Source: Minisyncoccota bacterium | GTDB taxonomy: Bacteria > Patescibacteriota > Minisyncoccia > UBA6257 > UBA9933 | Direction: 5' to 3' | DNA: 64,000 nucleotides | Assembly: GCA_041650415.1 (NCBI GenBank) | Contig: JBAZLC010000001.1 | Span: 2,998 to 66,997, forward strand | Shown here: positions 47,512 through 58,202 of the stretch, one piece after another | How the letters are laid out: the number at the start of each line of letters is the position of its first letter | Position numbering within the stretch: position 1 is the first letter of the stretch | The notes under the pieces: generated by a model | What the model was told of the DNA's origin: nothing | Databases searched by the model: none | Seen by the model: only the letters and a program-made list of their open reading frames with translations | Position numbers and translations under genes: made by a program

Positions 47512-48828
47512 TTATATTCTCTTTTTAACTTCATCCACCACCTTGGTAAGCGGCACTGTTTCCTGGACTCCGCTTTTCATATCCCTGATTATTATACTTT
47601 CCTCGAAAACTTCCCGCTGGCCGAGTATCAAAGCCATCTCGGCGCCTTCTTTGTCGGCAACCTTCAACTGCGCTCTCAAAGATTCTTTGCCGAGCGATTC
47701 TATGACTTTTATTCCCGCTTTGTGAAACTCTTCAACCAATGAAAAGGCTTTTTTCTTCGCCGGCTTGCCGATTTGAATCAAAAATACTTTCGCTTTGGGC
47801 TTTACTAATCCATTTATCTCCAAAGTTTTCATAAGTTCTATTATTCTTTCAACTCCGAAGCTGGCGCCAACCGCCGGCAATCCGCTTTTCTTCACGCCGA
47901 GAAGTTCCGCCAAATAATCGTATCTGCCCCCGCCCCCCAAAGCGGCCAAGGAAGATTCCGAATATATTTCAAAAACCGTCCGGTTATAGTAATCCAAACC
48001 GCGGACAAGAAAATTATTAAGCGAATAAGAAACGCTAAGACTATCCAAATATTCCAAAACTTCCCGAAAATGGCTCCGACAAGGCGCGCATAAATAATTT
48101 ATCATCGCGGGCGCGTCTTCTTTTATCGGCAGGCATTTTTCGTTTTTACAATCAAGAAGCCTTAAAGGATTTATTGAAACGCGGCGCTTACAATCTTTGC
48201 AAACCTTGCCCGAAAAACGGCGGTAATACTCCTGAAGTTTTCTGCGATAAACCTGCCGGCAATTTCTGCAGCCGACGCTGTTTATCTGAAGCGACAAATT
48301 TTTTATTTTTAATTCTTCCAGGGAACGGATACCCGCCAAAATTATTTGGGCGTCATAAACCGGGTCGTCTTCGCCGCCCAAAATTTCAAAACCGTACTGA
48401 TGGAACTGGCGGTAGCGGCCGGCTTGCGGCTGTTCATACCTAAAAAACGGGCCGAAATAATAAAGTTTTGTCGGCTGGGGCATGCGAGACATCCCATTTT
48501 CAAAATAAGCCCGGACTATGCCCGCGGTATTTTCCGGTCTTAAAACCAAGCGATCGCCGCCTTTGGTTTTTACGTTAAACATTTCTTTCTCGACGATATC
48601 CGTCGAGACTCCGACTCCCCGCTCAAAAACTTCGGTTTTTTCCAAAATCGGCGTGTCTATTCTTAAAAAATTATAAAAACCGGCCGTGTCTTGGCTGGCC
48701 TTTTTAACTTTTTCCCATAAAGGCTGCTCCGAAGGCAAAATATCGCGCATGCCTTTTGGGCTTTGGAGCGAGTTTTTGTTTTCTTTTTCCGGTTTTTTCT
48801 GCTTTTTTTGATTTAAAGGTTTTGGCAT
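47512..48828 (-). CDS. hisS: Histidine--tRNA ligase with a Lys-rich N-terminal extension and a Cys-rich insertion
   Basis: 438 aa. Class II motifs (LRPENTAGIVRAY, FRYEQPQAGRYRQFHQYGFE, GGGRYD). The insertion is CRNCRQVYRRK...CKDCKRR...CKNEKC...CAPCR. Confidence 0.85.
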   Translation of the reverse strand: MPKPLNQKKQKKPEKENKNSLQSPKGMRDILPSEQPLWEKVKKASQDTAGFYNFLRIDTPILEKTEVFERGVGVSTDIVEKEMFNVKTKGGDRLVLRPENTAGIVRAYFENGMSRMPQPTKLYYFGPFFRYEQPQAGRYRQFHQYGFEILGGEDDPVYDAQIILAGIRSLEELKIKNLSLQINSVGCRNCRQVYRRKLQEYYRRFSGKVCKDCKRRVSINPLRLLDCKNEKCLPIKEDAPAMINYLCAPCRSHFREVLEYLDSLSVSYSLNNFLVRGLDYYNRTVFEIYSESSLAALGGGGRYDYLAELLGVKKSGLPAVGASFGVERIIELMKTLEINGLVKPKAKVFLIQIGKPAKKKAFSLVEEFHKAGIKVIESLGKESLRAQLKVADKEGAEMALILGQREVFEESIIIRDMKSGVQETVPLTKVVDEVKKRI

Positions 48829-48834
48829 TTTAGT

Positions 48835-49383
48835 TTAGTAGGCCGGCTGTTCAACCGCCATGGCTTTATTAAAAGGCCAGAGGCGCAAGCGCACCAAGCC
48901 GACTATTTCCGATTTTTTCAAACTTCCCCAGCTCCGCGAATCGAAACTGTAATTGCGGTTATCGCCCATCACAAAATATTGATCGTCTTTCAAAGTCACT
49001 TCCTCGTTTCCGGAAGTTTTAAGACCAGGAGGCAAATAAAATTCATCCAAAACAAAACCGTTTGAATTTTCCGAGTTGAAAATTTTAATTTTGCCATCGC
49101 TTATTAAAAGGCGTTCGCCCGGCAAACCGATAACTCTTTTAATATAATAAACGCTTTCATCGCCCGGATAATGAAAAACTATAACGTCTCCTCTTTCCGG
49201 CTGGTTAAAACGATAGCTGACTTCATCTATCAGCAAATAATCGCCCGACGAAAAGCTCGGCTCCATCGAGGCGCCGCTCACCAAAAAGGGCTGGACTATA
49301 AAACTCCGTATGGCCGCCACAACCACGACGGCTATCGCCACAACTTCAAATATTTCCCAAAAAGAATAAAGAAAGGCCTTCAT
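48835..49383 (-). CDS. lepB: Signal peptidase I
   Basis: 182 aa with the SGASMEPSF catalytic Ser box, GDNRNYSFDSRSWG, and an N-terminal TM. Confidence 0.8.
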   Translation of the reverse strand: MKAFLYSFWEIFEVVAIAVVVVAAIRSFIVQPFLVSGASMEPSFSSGDYLLIDEVSYRFNQPERGDVIVFHYPGDESVYYIKRVIGLPGERLLISDGKIKIFNSENSNGFVLDEFYLPPGLKTSGNEEVTLKDDQYFVMGDNRNYSFDSRSWGSLKKSEIVGLVRLRLWPFNKAMAVEQPAY

Positions 49384-49414
49384 AAATTATTGGTTTTATT
49401 ATATAATTTCCATT

Positions 49415-49876
49415 ATGGAAGTCAAACCCCGCTTAATCATCGGTCTGGGAAACCCCGACAAAGAATACGAGCGCACCTACCATAATGTCGGATTTTTAAC
49501 GGTTGATTTTTTAGCCAAAAATCTACCCGCCTCTAAGCTCGTAAAATCGGAAGTTTTCATGAATGAATCCGGCAGTTTCGTAAGAAAAACCGCCAAGCAA
49601 AAAAATGCCAAACCGGAAGACTTATTGATTATTCACGATGACTCCGATATAAAGATGGGAGAATACAAGCTTTCTTTCGGCCGCTCTTCCGCCGGGCACC
49701 GGGGCGTGCAATCAGTGATAGATTCACTTAAAACCAAGAATTTTTGGCGGTTAAGAATCGGCATCAGAAAAAATAAAAAACAAAAAGCCATGGAAATCGT
49801 TTTGAAAAAAATCTCAAAAGCCGACATGGAAACGTTAAACAAAGTTTTTAAAGAATTTTTGGCATGTCTAAAATAA
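49415..49876 (+). CDS. pth: Peptidyl-tRNA hydrolase
   Basis: 153 aa (LIIGLGNPDKEYERTYHNVGF). Confidence 0.85.
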   Translation: MEVKPRLIIGLGNPDKEYERTYHNVGFLTVDFLAKNLPASKLVKSEVFMNESGSFVRKTAKQKNAKPEDLLIIHDDSDIKMGEYKLSFGRSSAGHRGVQSVIDSLKTKNFWRLRIGIRKNKKQKAMEIVLKKISKADMETLNKVFKEFLACLK

Positions 49877-51135
49877 AAACGTTTATTTTACTTATTGGCG
49901 ATATCGCGGTCTTATACGGTTCGCTGGCCCTGACAATGGTTCTGCGTTATGGAACTGACAATTTCAGCCAGTATTTTTTAACACACATTAAGCCTTTTTC
50001 ACTTATTTTCGTTTTTTGGCTGTTAATTTTTTACTTAGCCGATCTTTATAAAGAAAAGAATTTGAGAGTTGATTTTAACATTCTGCAAACTTTAACTTTT
50101 GCCATTTTTATCAGCATTACCGGATCCATAATTCTTTTTTATCTATTCCCTTCGGTTTTTGAATTAACGCCGAAAACCAATTTGGCAATTTTAGCGCTGG
50201 TTTTTACGATTATTGATTTAAGCTGGCGATTTACCTTATCAAAAATATTCATCAGTGGCGGACTAAAAACCAGAATCGTTTTTATCGGCGATTCACCGAT
50301 AACAAATGAAATCAAACTATATCTTCAAAAAAATCCCCAAATAGGATACGACGTTATCCCTGAAATAGAAGATGGCGCTGACATGGTTATTATCCAGCCA
50401 AACGCCAAAAACGATCCGAAATTCATCGATTTCTTTTATGAACTTTTGGCGAAGAAAATCGCCGTCATAGATTCCATCAAATTTTATGAAACTATTTTTC
50501 AAAAACTTCCAATTGAAGAAATAGAAAGAGGCTGGTTTATCGAAAGAATAACTACTCATCGGCAATTTTATGAATTTTCAAAAAGAATTACAGATATTAT
50601 TCTTTCGGTAATTCTTGGTGTTATCTTTTTACCAATTGGCTTAATTATCGCGATTTTAACCAAATTAAGCTCACGCAAAGGCCCGGTAATTTTCAGACAA
50701 GAAAGAGTTGGACTAAATAATAAAAACTTTACTTTAATCAAATTTGGAACTATGAAAGCCGACCAAGGAGACCTTTGGACCAACAAAAATGACGATAGAC
50801 ATACCACCTTAGGAAAAGTTTTAAATCATACTCATTTAGACGAAATTCCTCAACTCTACAATATTCTCAAAGGTGATATATCTTTTATAGGCCCGCGCGC
50901 GGAAAGAAAAGAACTTGCTGAAATGTATCGCCAAATCCCCCACTACGAAATCCGACATATGATCAAACCCGGATTAACCGGATGGGCGCAACTAAACTAC
51001 AAAGCTAGCGCTTCAGTTGAAGAGGCCAAAGAAAAATTAAAATATGATATTTATTACATCAAAAACCGTTCGCTTATTCTTGATTTTATAATTCTGCTTA
51101 AAACTGCGAAATACTTTTTCTTTTCCCAAAAATAA
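49864..51135 (+). CDS. Polyprenyl-phosphate glycosylphosphotransferase (bacterial sugar transferase, WbaP/EpsL-like)
   Basis: 423 aa. N-terminal TM helices and a C-terminal sugar-transferase domain (RPLSIIFSKLT-like, KPGLTGWAQ). Confidence 0.8.
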   Translation: MSKIKTFILLIGDIAVLYGSLALTMVLRYGTDNFSQYFLTHIKPFSLIFVFWLLIFYLADLYKEKNLRVDFNILQTLTFAIFISITGSIILFYLFPSVFELTPKTNLAILALVFTIIDLSWRFTLSKIFISGGLKTRIVFIGDSPITNEIKLYLQKNPQIGYDVIPEIEDGADMVIIQPNAKNDPKFIDFFYELLAKKIAVIDSIKFYETIFQKLPIEEIERGWFIERITTHRQFYEFSKRITDIILSVILGVIFLPIGLIIAILTKLSSRKGPVIFRQERVGLNNKNFTLIKFGTMKADQGDLWTNKNDDRHTTLGKVLNHTHLDEIPQLYNILKGDISFIGPRAERKELAEMYRQIPHYEIRHMIKPGLTGWAQLNYKASASVEEAKEKLKYDIYYIKNRSLILDFIILLKTAKYFFFSQK

Positions 51136-51137
51136 TA

Positions 51138-52598
51138 ATGATTAAAAAAATAAAAGGCTTGCTTTTAAGCAACACCACAACAAGACAAACAGTTATAAAA
51201 AATGTCGTTTGGTTAAGCTTCAGCAATTTTGCCGGCAGATTAATAAGAGGCTTATTTATTATTTTCGCCGCCCGTCTTTTAGGCGCCGCAGAATACGGAG
51301 TTTTTTCTTATGCTCTCGGTCTTGCAGGATTTTTCACTCTCTTTGCAGATATCGGAATTAACTCAATTTTGACAAAAGAAATAAGTCGTGACCCAAAAAG
51401 GGCATCTGCCTATTTTTCTACTTCCTTTTGGATAAAAATCGTCCTACTTTTATTCACAACCGTACTGCTTATTTTCATCGCTCCATATTTTTCAAAAATA
51501 GAATCCGCTAAAACACTTTTATATTTTGTGGCGCTTTTAACTATTTTTGACAACATCCGTGAATTTATAAATGCTTCTTTTCGCGCTAAGGAGAAAATGG
51601 AGTTTGAAGCCTTGGTAAACGTATTAATGAATGTCGCGATTGCAGTTATCGGCGCAATCGTCTTATATTTATCGCAAACCGCAGAAGCGATAACAATTTC
51701 TTATGTCGGCAGCGCAGGAGTCGGATTTTTAGTAGCGGCGTTTATCGCTCGTGATGAATTTAAAAAAATTATCAGCGCTTTCGATAAAAATTTAATTAAA
51801 CCGATTATGAGCCTTGCCTTACCCCTAGCAGCTATAGGACTTTTAGGAGTATTTATGTTAAATATTGATATCGTTATGATAGGCTGGTTTAGATCAGCTC
51901 AAGAAATTGGATATTACTCTGCAGGCCAAAAAATTATTCAACTACTTTATGCAGTACCGGCGATTATTGCCAGCGCACTTTTTCCAGCGCTATCAAGAGC
52001 CGCCGGCAACAAAGAAAACCAAAAAGCCACAACTATAATGGAAAGAGGAATGGCTAGTATTTATGCACTTGCTATCCCTGTAGTTATTGGAGGAATTATT
52101 TTAGCAAAACCGCTTATAAATTTTTTATATGGCGCTGAATATTTGCCAGGTGTTTTAACTTTTCAAATTCTCCTAGTCACAATTCTTATAATTTTCCCGC
52201 AAACTCTTTTAGGAAATATGGTTTTTGCATACAATAAACAAAATAAAATCGCCATTTTTGTGGCGCTTGCATCAATCGGCAATATTATTTTTAACTATCT
52301 TCTAATTCCGAGGTTCGGCATAGCTGGCGCCGCTTTGACAACAGTTATTGTCCAAGTCATGTATAGCGGCCTAACTTGGAACATGATAAAAAAAGTTAAT
52401 ACTTTTAAAACCATCGCTAATTTAAAAAAAATACTTACAGCTTCCATTATTATGGGCATCTTAGTATTTATTTTAAATAGAACAGGCTTACCTGTTATCG
52501 CCACTGTAATCATTTCCGCAATGGCATATCTGGCAGCTCTTTACAGCCTTAAAGAACCAATAATCCACGAAGGAATTGCCGCGTTAAAAAATCACTAA
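51138..52598 (+). CDS. Wzx-type polysaccharide flippase (MOP superfamily)
   Basis: 486 aa with about 12-14 TM helices and a polysaccharide-biosynthesis-protein profile. Confidence 0.7.
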   Translation: MIKKIKGLLLSNTTTRQTVIKNVVWLSFSNFAGRLIRGLFIIFAARLLGAAEYGVFSYALGLAGFFTLFADIGINSILTKEISRDPKRASAYFSTSFWIKIVLLLFTTVLLIFIAPYFSKIESAKTLLYFVALLTIFDNIREFINASFRAKEKMEFEALVNVLMNVAIAVIGAIVLYLSQTAEAITISYVGSAGVGFLVAAFIARDEFKKIISAFDKNLIKPIMSLALPLAAIGLLGVFMLNIDIVMIGWFRSAQEIGYYSAGQKIIQLLYAVPAIIASALFPALSRAAGNKENQKATTIMERGMASIYALAIPVVIGGIILAKPLINFLYGAEYLPGVLTFQILLVTILIIFPQTLLGNMVFAYNKQNKIAIFVALASIGNIIFNYLLIPRFGIAGAALTTVIVQVMYSGLTWNMIKKVNTFKTIANLKKILTASIIMGILVFILNRTGLPVIATVIISAMAYLAALYSLKEPIIHEGIAALKNH

Positions 52599-52606
52599 TT
52601 AAAAGT

Positions 52607-53359
52607 TTATTTTGAAAAAATTTGAGTGATCTTTGACAATGGCTTTACAACAACCGCGATAAACCCGAATTTCAAACCATTCATTTTAAAAGCTTTATAA
52701 TTTTCCATACTTCCGCGGAAAACTTTTTTAATGCTCCGCCAATTACTGGCGCCGCCTTCTCTCATTTTTATAAAAACTTTCGGTATATAAAAACCTTTTA
52801 TTTTATATTTTTCCAAAAATCTCAACATCAATTCGTAATCGGCGTAAACCGACAAGTCTAACCTGAAAACTCCATATTTTTGATATAATTCGCGTTTTAC
52901 AAAAAAAGTCGGGTGGGGCGGATGCCAGCCTCTTATAAATTTTCCAGGCTTATATTCCGAAGATTTCCAAAATCTAACGACTTTATTAGTATCGTCTTTT
53001 TTCACGTAAACCAAGTCTCCCCAACAAGCATCGGCGTCGTTTTTAACTATATTTTCGACAACGGTTTTAACAACATCATTGTCGTAATAAAAGTCATCGG
53101 AATTTAAAATTCCCACGATATCGCCGGTAGCCAACGCTATTCCTTTGTTCATCGCTTCGTAAATTCCACTGTCTTTTTCAGACACGATTTTCGCTATTTT
53201 ATTTTTATATTTCCCCAATATTTCCAAAGTGCCGTCGGTGGAAGCGCCGTCGATAACAATGTATTCAATATCGGGATAAGATTGCCCTAAAACGCTTTTT
53301 ATCGCGCCTTCAATGGTTTCCGCGCTATTATAGCAAACGGTTATTATAGAAACTTTCAT
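52607..53359 (-). CDS. Glycosyltransferase family 2
   Basis: 250 aa (VSIITVCYNSAETIEGAI...DGASTDGT, DxD). Confidence 0.75.
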   Translation of the reverse strand: MKVSIITVCYNSAETIEGAIKSVLGQSYPDIEYIVIDGASTDGTLEILGKYKNKIAKIVSEKDSGIYEAMNKGIALATGDIVGILNSDDFYYDNDVVKTVVENIVKNDADACWGDLVYVKKDDTNKVVRFWKSSEYKPGKFIRGWHPPHPTFFVKRELYQKYGVFRLDLSVYADYELMLRFLEKYKIKGFYIPKVFIKMREGGASNWRSIKKVFRGSMENYKAFKMNGLKFGFIAVVVKPLSKITQIFSK

Positions 53360-53362
53360 AAC

Positions 53363-53938
53363 TTATTCTATTTCCCGCTTTTTAATCGGCATAGCAGGAT
53401 TGCCCTGATAAACCATAAACGACTCCATGTTTTTCGTCGCCACCGAGCCGGCGGTTAAGAACGAATTGGAACCGCAATTTACGCCCGGACAAACAATCGC
53501 TTTGGCCCCAATCCAAACGCCGTCTTCTAAAATTATTTCTTTTATAATCAAATCAAAAGTGGATTTTTTATAATTATGATTTCCGGTTAAAAGCATCGCT
53601 CCCTGCGAAACACAAACATTATCGCCTATTTTTACTTTACCCAAATTGTCTATCCAAACATTTTCTCCTATCCAGACGTAACTTCCGATATCCAAAAGCC
53701 AGGGATATTTAACGCTGACTCCCGGTTTGATAAGAACGCAATCTCCCATTCTGGCGCCAAAAATGCGAAGAATAAAAACCTTTAAAGAGCTAAAAGGGTT
53801 TAAAGGGTTTAAGAAAAAAAGCACATTGATAAAATACCACAATATTTTTTTAAACGCGTGGTCGTTATACCAAACGGTTTTATATTTCGATAAATCAGTT
53901 TTTTTCATTTCTTTTTGCTTCATAAATTTTCGCATCAA
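53363..53938 (-). CDS. Hexapeptide-repeat acetyltransferase (WcaF/WbbJ-like)
   Basis: 191 aa left-handed beta-helix with repeats (IGDNVCVSQGAMLLTGNHN, VWIGAKAIVCPGV). Confidence 0.7.
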   Translation of the reverse strand: MMRKFMKQKEMKKTDLSKYKTVWYNDHAFKKILWYFINVLFFLNPLNPFSSLKVFILRIFGARMGDCVLIKPGVSVKYPWLLDIGSYVWIGENVWIDNLGKVKIGDNVCVSQGAMLLTGNHNYKKSTFDLIIKEIILEDGVWIGAKAIVCPGVNCGSNSFLTAGSVATKNMESFMVYQGNPAMPIKKREIE

Positions 53939-54689
53939 CCAAAAATCTATACCAAAAGCCTTGTAAAAAGTGAAATATCAATCCCCTTCTGCCGTCCAGA
54001 AATCCCAAACGGATGAAATAGCGGTAAATGAAAAAGAGCCAGGCGCGAAAAAACATCGGCAGCTTGTAATAATATCTTTTCTTGCTTATTCCGAGATTCC
54101 CCGATAGAAAATCCGCGGCTTCGCGCGAAGCGTAATCATTATGCTTGCCCGTCCACCAGGTTAAATTTTTTTTATTACTATCGATAAAATCGTTTTTTAA
54201 TTTACCTTCTTTGCCTTCGCTTAAAACAATATGCTCATCCACCTTTCTTAGCTCCGACCTTCCTTTACCTTTTTTAAATAACCGCAGAATCCAGGTCGGA
54301 TAATAACCGCCATGCTTTATCCATTTGCCCATAAAATAGACCCGGCGCTTCATATAGTAGCCATTCACGCCCGCTGGCGGGTTCTTTATTTTTTCACTTA
54401 TTTCGTTTTTAAGCTCTTCTGTTAAATATTCGTCTGAATCCAAACGGATAATCCATTCGTTTTTAATTTCCAGATTATCCAAAGCCCAGTTAAATTGAAT
54501 CGCCTGATTTTCAAACGGATGCTGAAAAATTTTACAATTATATTTTTTGGCAATTTCCAGAGTTTTATCGGTCGAATAAGAATCCACTATAAAAATTTCA
54601 TCCGCCCAGCCAAAAATATTCTTGAGGCAATTTTCAAGGTTTACTTCTTCGTTATAAGTTAAAATTATCGCGCTTATCGGGTTCTTCAT
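53895..54689 (-). CDS. Glycosyltransferase family 2
   Basis: 264 aa (ISAIILTYNEEVNLENCL, DSYSTDKT). Confidence 0.7.
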   Translation of the reverse strand: MKNPISAIILTYNEEVNLENCLKNIFGWADEIFIVDSYSTDKTLEIAKKYNCKIFQHPFENQAIQFNWALDNLEIKNEWIIRLDSDEYLTEELKNEISEKIKNPPAGVNGYYMKRRVYFMGKWIKHGGYYPTWILRLFKKGKGRSELRKVDEHIVLSEGKEGKLKNDFIDSNKKNLTWWTGKHNDYASREAADFLSGNLGISKKRYYYKLPMFFRAWLFFIYRYFIRLGFLDGRRGLIFHFLQGFWYRFLVDAKIYEAKRNEKN

Positions 54690-54700
54690 AAATTAGCTAA

Positions 54701-55894
54701 TTATCTACAAATATCATTATATAACTTCAAAATCTTATCCGCCACTATTAATGGTGAAAACTCTCTTTTAACCAATTCTCTGCCTTGTTCACCCATTTTC
54801 TTGGCCGCGTCCGGATTATTTATAATTTTCAAAATCGCTTCGGTTAATTCCTTTTCATTTTTCTCTATTACGAGACCAGAGTCACTTTTGATAATCTCCG
54901 GCGCCAAACCGACATTTTTAGTGATTATTACCGGCAAACGCAAATACATCGCCTCCGCCACGACCATACCGAAATTCTCCGCGTAAGACGGCAGAACAAA
55001 AACATCGGAAGATTTAAACGCGGCAATTCTTTTTATTCCGTCCAATACTCCGGTAAAAATGACTTTATCTTTTATTCCGGCGGCATTTATTAAATCTTCA
55101 ACCGTTTTTTTATAATCGCTCTCCGGACCGACTACCAGTAAAAGCAAGCTGGAATTTTTCTTGACAGCTTCGACGAATGCCGGAATCAAAGTATCAAAGC
55201 CTTTTTTCCAATCTATTCTACCTAAAGACAATATTATTTTCTTGTCCGGAGTTATGCCTAAATCTTTTTTGAAATTAAGATTTATCGCCTCTTTTTCGCC
55301 ATCGTCAAAATCTTTAAAATCAATGCCATTGGGAATAATGGCAAAATTATTTTTTAAGGGCAATCCGGCTTTTAAATATTCTTCTTTTTCAATTTCAGCG
55401 GTAAAATGAATCACGGCGGCGTTTTTTAAAAAACTTTTGACAAATAAAAACAGAAATAATTTCTTTTTTAGGTGGCTTTTTTTATTTAATGGCTCCACCA
55501 TCAAACTCCCTCGTGGAGAAATCACATAGGGTATTTTGTAAAATTTTGCCCAAAACAACAAAGCGAAAGAAGAAAAATTCCAAATTTCGGAAATATGAGC
55601 TATGTCAAAATTTTTTATCCTTTTACCGATTTCAAAAAATAATTTAGGAGAAAAAGAGAAATTTATATAACCATAATAAGGAAAACGGAAGATTTTTACG
55701 CCGTCTATATTTTCTTCAATGCCAAATTTAATATTTTTATCGCCTTCCAGACCGGCATTAGTTGTAAAAACAGCAACATTGACGCCTCTTTTAATTAAAA
55801 ATTTGTTCATCAAATGAACCGATTGAATCGGTCCACCCATTTTAAATGCCGGCCAATACGAAGAAACTATATGAAGAATTTTCAAATTAGTCAT
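54701..55894 (-). CDS. Glycosyltransferase family 4 (GT-B)
   Basis: Start moved to MTNLKILHIVSSYWP at 55894. EX7E-like C-terminal motif (FVLPSYAENFGMVVAEAM). Confidence 0.7.
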   Translation of the reverse strand: MTNLKILHIVSSYWPAFKMGGPIQSVHLMNKFLIKRGVNVAVFTTNAGLEGDKNIKFGIEENIDGVKIFRFPYYGYINFSFSPKLFFEIGKRIKNFDIAHISEIWNFSSFALLFWAKFYKIPYVISPRGSLMVEPLNKKSHLKKKLFLFLFVKSFLKNAAVIHFTAEIEKEEYLKAGLPLKNNFAIIPNGIDFKDFDDGEKEAINLNFKKDLGITPDKKIILSLGRIDWKKGFDTLIPAFVEAVKKNSSLLLLVVGPESDYKKTVEDLINAAGIKDKVIFTGVLDGIKRIAAFKSSDVFVLPSYAENFGMVVAEAMYLRLPVIITKNVGLAPEIIKSDSGLVIEKNEKELTEAILKIINNPDAAKKMGEQGRELVKREFSPLIVADKILKLYNDICR

Positions 55895-57198
55895 TTTATT
55901 ATCGAATTTCTTTTTATTAAAAATAGATGAATTATAAACAAAATTATAAAGAATTTTATCAGACCGGCTAAAACCGGTGCAATCCAACCTTCCATCCCGG
56001 AAATAATTTGGACCCAAAAAATACTGTAGATCATTAAGCCCGAAGACGACTTATTTGTTAATTCTATCAAATAATCATAAATAAAACGAAAAGCCACGCC
56101 TATTAAGAACATTCCCAAAAAAATTCCCCAAACGCCGAAATTGATATATAAATCGCCTACTACAGTAGGACTAATACTGGTTCGAGAATCTGCCGGCGAA
56201 ACAATTCCAAGTTCATGAGCTAAATTATTGCCGGTACTGTTAACGCTCAATGGCTTATCTTTCCAAATAAATCTCGGCGGCCCTAAAGTCGTTAAAAAAT
56301 TAGAAAACGAACTCCCATAGAGTGCCGCAGTATCCGAAGGTAAATTCAACACTTTAGAAAAAACAGATATTTGATTTATCCTGTTAAAAAAGCTGTCGGC
56401 TAAAAACCCAATTGTATTAAAAAAACTGATATCGCCAGCCGCCCCGATAATCCCATTAATTTTTAAAGTTGCGGTATTCCGGCAAATTCCTCCAAATGGA
56501 AACAAAATAACCACAATCATAACCATAACCGCAAAAATTTGTTTATAATTAATCTTACAAAGATAGGATTTAATCAGTAGATAAATCAAAACTGGAAAAA
56601 TAATAACAATTTTTGAGCAAGTCGGAATACTAAAGACGATTTCCATAAATAGAACGCCAAATGCCAGCCATTTCCAAATCAAATGATTATTATCGCCGAT
56701 TTTTTTAAGTGAATAATAATTAATGAAAGCAATAGCTAAGGCAATATACCAAAACCAGTCCAAATAGCCGACGACGCTGTAAATCGCGCTTTTACCGAAC
56801 GCAGGACTAAGATTATTAATGATATCAAAGTATGCACCATTTATTACTCTGATTATTTTTGCCGCTACCCCAATAAAAAAAGTCGTCCAAAATACAACCT
56901 TTGCTTTTTTGAAATCCCAAACACCAAAAAAAAGATTGGGTGTTTTTTTGGCCAAATATCCGCCCAATGGAATAAAATAACCCAGCATCAAAGCCAAGAG
57001 GCCGATAGTCGCATATCCAAGCGCCAACCAAGGTATTTGATAGTCGACAAATATGATATTTGTGGAAAAACCTAATAAAACGGCTAATGGCAAAAAGTAA
57101 AAAACCAATAGATAATAAAGGACTGCTGAATTGCCCAATTTAAAAATATTAAAATCAATTACCTTATCTTTCAGCCATTCTAAAAAATTGGGATTCAT
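55891..57198 (-). CDS. Wzy-like O-antigen polymerase / polytopic membrane protein
   Basis: 435 aa with about 10-12 TM helices and a large periplasmic loop. It overlaps the downstream GT4 gene by 4 nt. Confidence 0.45.
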   Translation of the reverse strand: MNPNFLEWLKDKVIDFNIFKLGNSAVLYYLLVFYFLPLAVLLGFSTNIIFVDYQIPWLALGYATIGLLALMLGYFIPLGGYLAKKTPNLFFGVWDFKKAKVVFWTTFFIGVAAKIIRVINGAYFDIINNLSPAFGKSAIYSVVGYLDWFWYIALAIAFINYYSLKKIGDNNHLIWKWLAFGVLFMEIVFSIPTCSKIVIIFPVLIYLLIKSYLCKINYKQIFAVMVMIVVILFPFGGICRNTATLKINGIIGAAGDISFFNTIGFLADSFFNRINQISVFSKVLNLPSDTAALYGSSFSNFLTTLGPPRFIWKDKPLSVNSTGNNLAHELGIVSPADSRTSISPTVVGDLYINFGVWGIFLGMFLIGVAFRFIYDYLIELTNKSSSGLMIYSIFWVQIISGMEGWIAPVLAGLIKFFIILFIIHLFLIKRNSIIK

Positions 57199-57203
57199 AA
57201 AAA

Positions 57204-58202
57204 TTATATGTAATTATTTTTATTTTCTTTATAATAATCGAATGTTTTTTGCAGACCTTCTTCCAGGCTGACTTTAGAACTCCAATCTAAGACTTTTTTT
57301 AATTTTGAGACATCCAGAGCGGAGTCGCCGGTTTCAACTTTATTATAATTTTCAGGCCAAGAAACATATTCAACACTGCCACTGCCAACAATTTTTACTG
57401 CTAATTCTGCCATTTCTTTAAATTTGCGACGGATGCCGGAACCACAATTAAAAATTTGACTATCGGCTTTACTGTCTATGCCAGCCAACAAAAGAATATC
57501 AATCAAATCGCTAATATAGATATAATCTCTTAATTGGTTACCATCGCCGAATATTTTAATAGTCTGGCCATCCATTGCTAATCTTATAAACCAACCCGGT
57601 AAAGAATATTTACCATGTTTTATTTGCTGTCTAACACCGTAAGGATTTGTTATCCTTAAAACAACCGATTTAACGCCGAATTCTTTACAATACACCATTA
57701 AATAATTTTCGGCTGCTAATTTATGGACAGCATAAAGCCCCGGTGGATTTGTCAGAGAATTTTCAGTTATTAACTCTTCATTGGATTTACCATAGACGGT
57801 TCTTGAGCTTGGAAAAATTATTTTTACGCCTTTATTAAAATTGCGGCAAGCTTCCAAGACAACAAGGTGTCCCTGACAATTAACATCTAAATCTTCAAAA
57901 GGGATTGATAGACTGTCAATGTAGCTTACCTGGGCGGCTAAATCAAAAATTAAATCTTTTTCTTTAACCAGTTCATTTACCAATTTTTCGTCACGAATAT
58001 CGCCTTTTACAAAATTGACCTTGTCGTTTATCCCCTCCAAATTAAAAATATTTCCTCCATACAAAGGATGCAAAGAATCTAAAATTGTTACTTCGGCTCC
58101 CAAAAAAATAAGCTCATGAGCCAAATTACTGCCAATAAAACCCGCACCGCCGGTTATCAGAACTTTTTTCCCTTTATAATTTGATAAACGTTTATCTTTC
58201 AT
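57204..58202 (-). CDS. NAD-dependent epimerase/dehydratase (SDR)
   Basis: 332 aa with a GGAGFIGSNL Rossmann motif and a YxxxK active site. Confidence 0.8.
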   Translation of the reverse strand: MKDKRLSNYKGKKVLITGGAGFIGSNLAHELIFLGAEVTILDSLHPLYGGNIFNLEGINDKVNFVKGDIRDEKLVNELVKEKDLIFDLAAQVSYIDSLSIPFEDLDVNCQGHLVVLEACRNFNKGVKIIFPSSRTVYGKSNEELITENSLTNPPGLYAVHKLAAENYLMVYCKEFGVKSVVLRITNPYGVRQQIKHGKYSLPGWFIRLAMDGQTIKIFGDGNQLRDYIYISDLIDILLLAGIDSKADSQIFNCGSGIRRKFKEMAELAVKIVGSGSVEYVSWPENYNKVETGDSALDVSKLKKVLDWSSKVSLEEGLQKTFDYYKENKNNYI

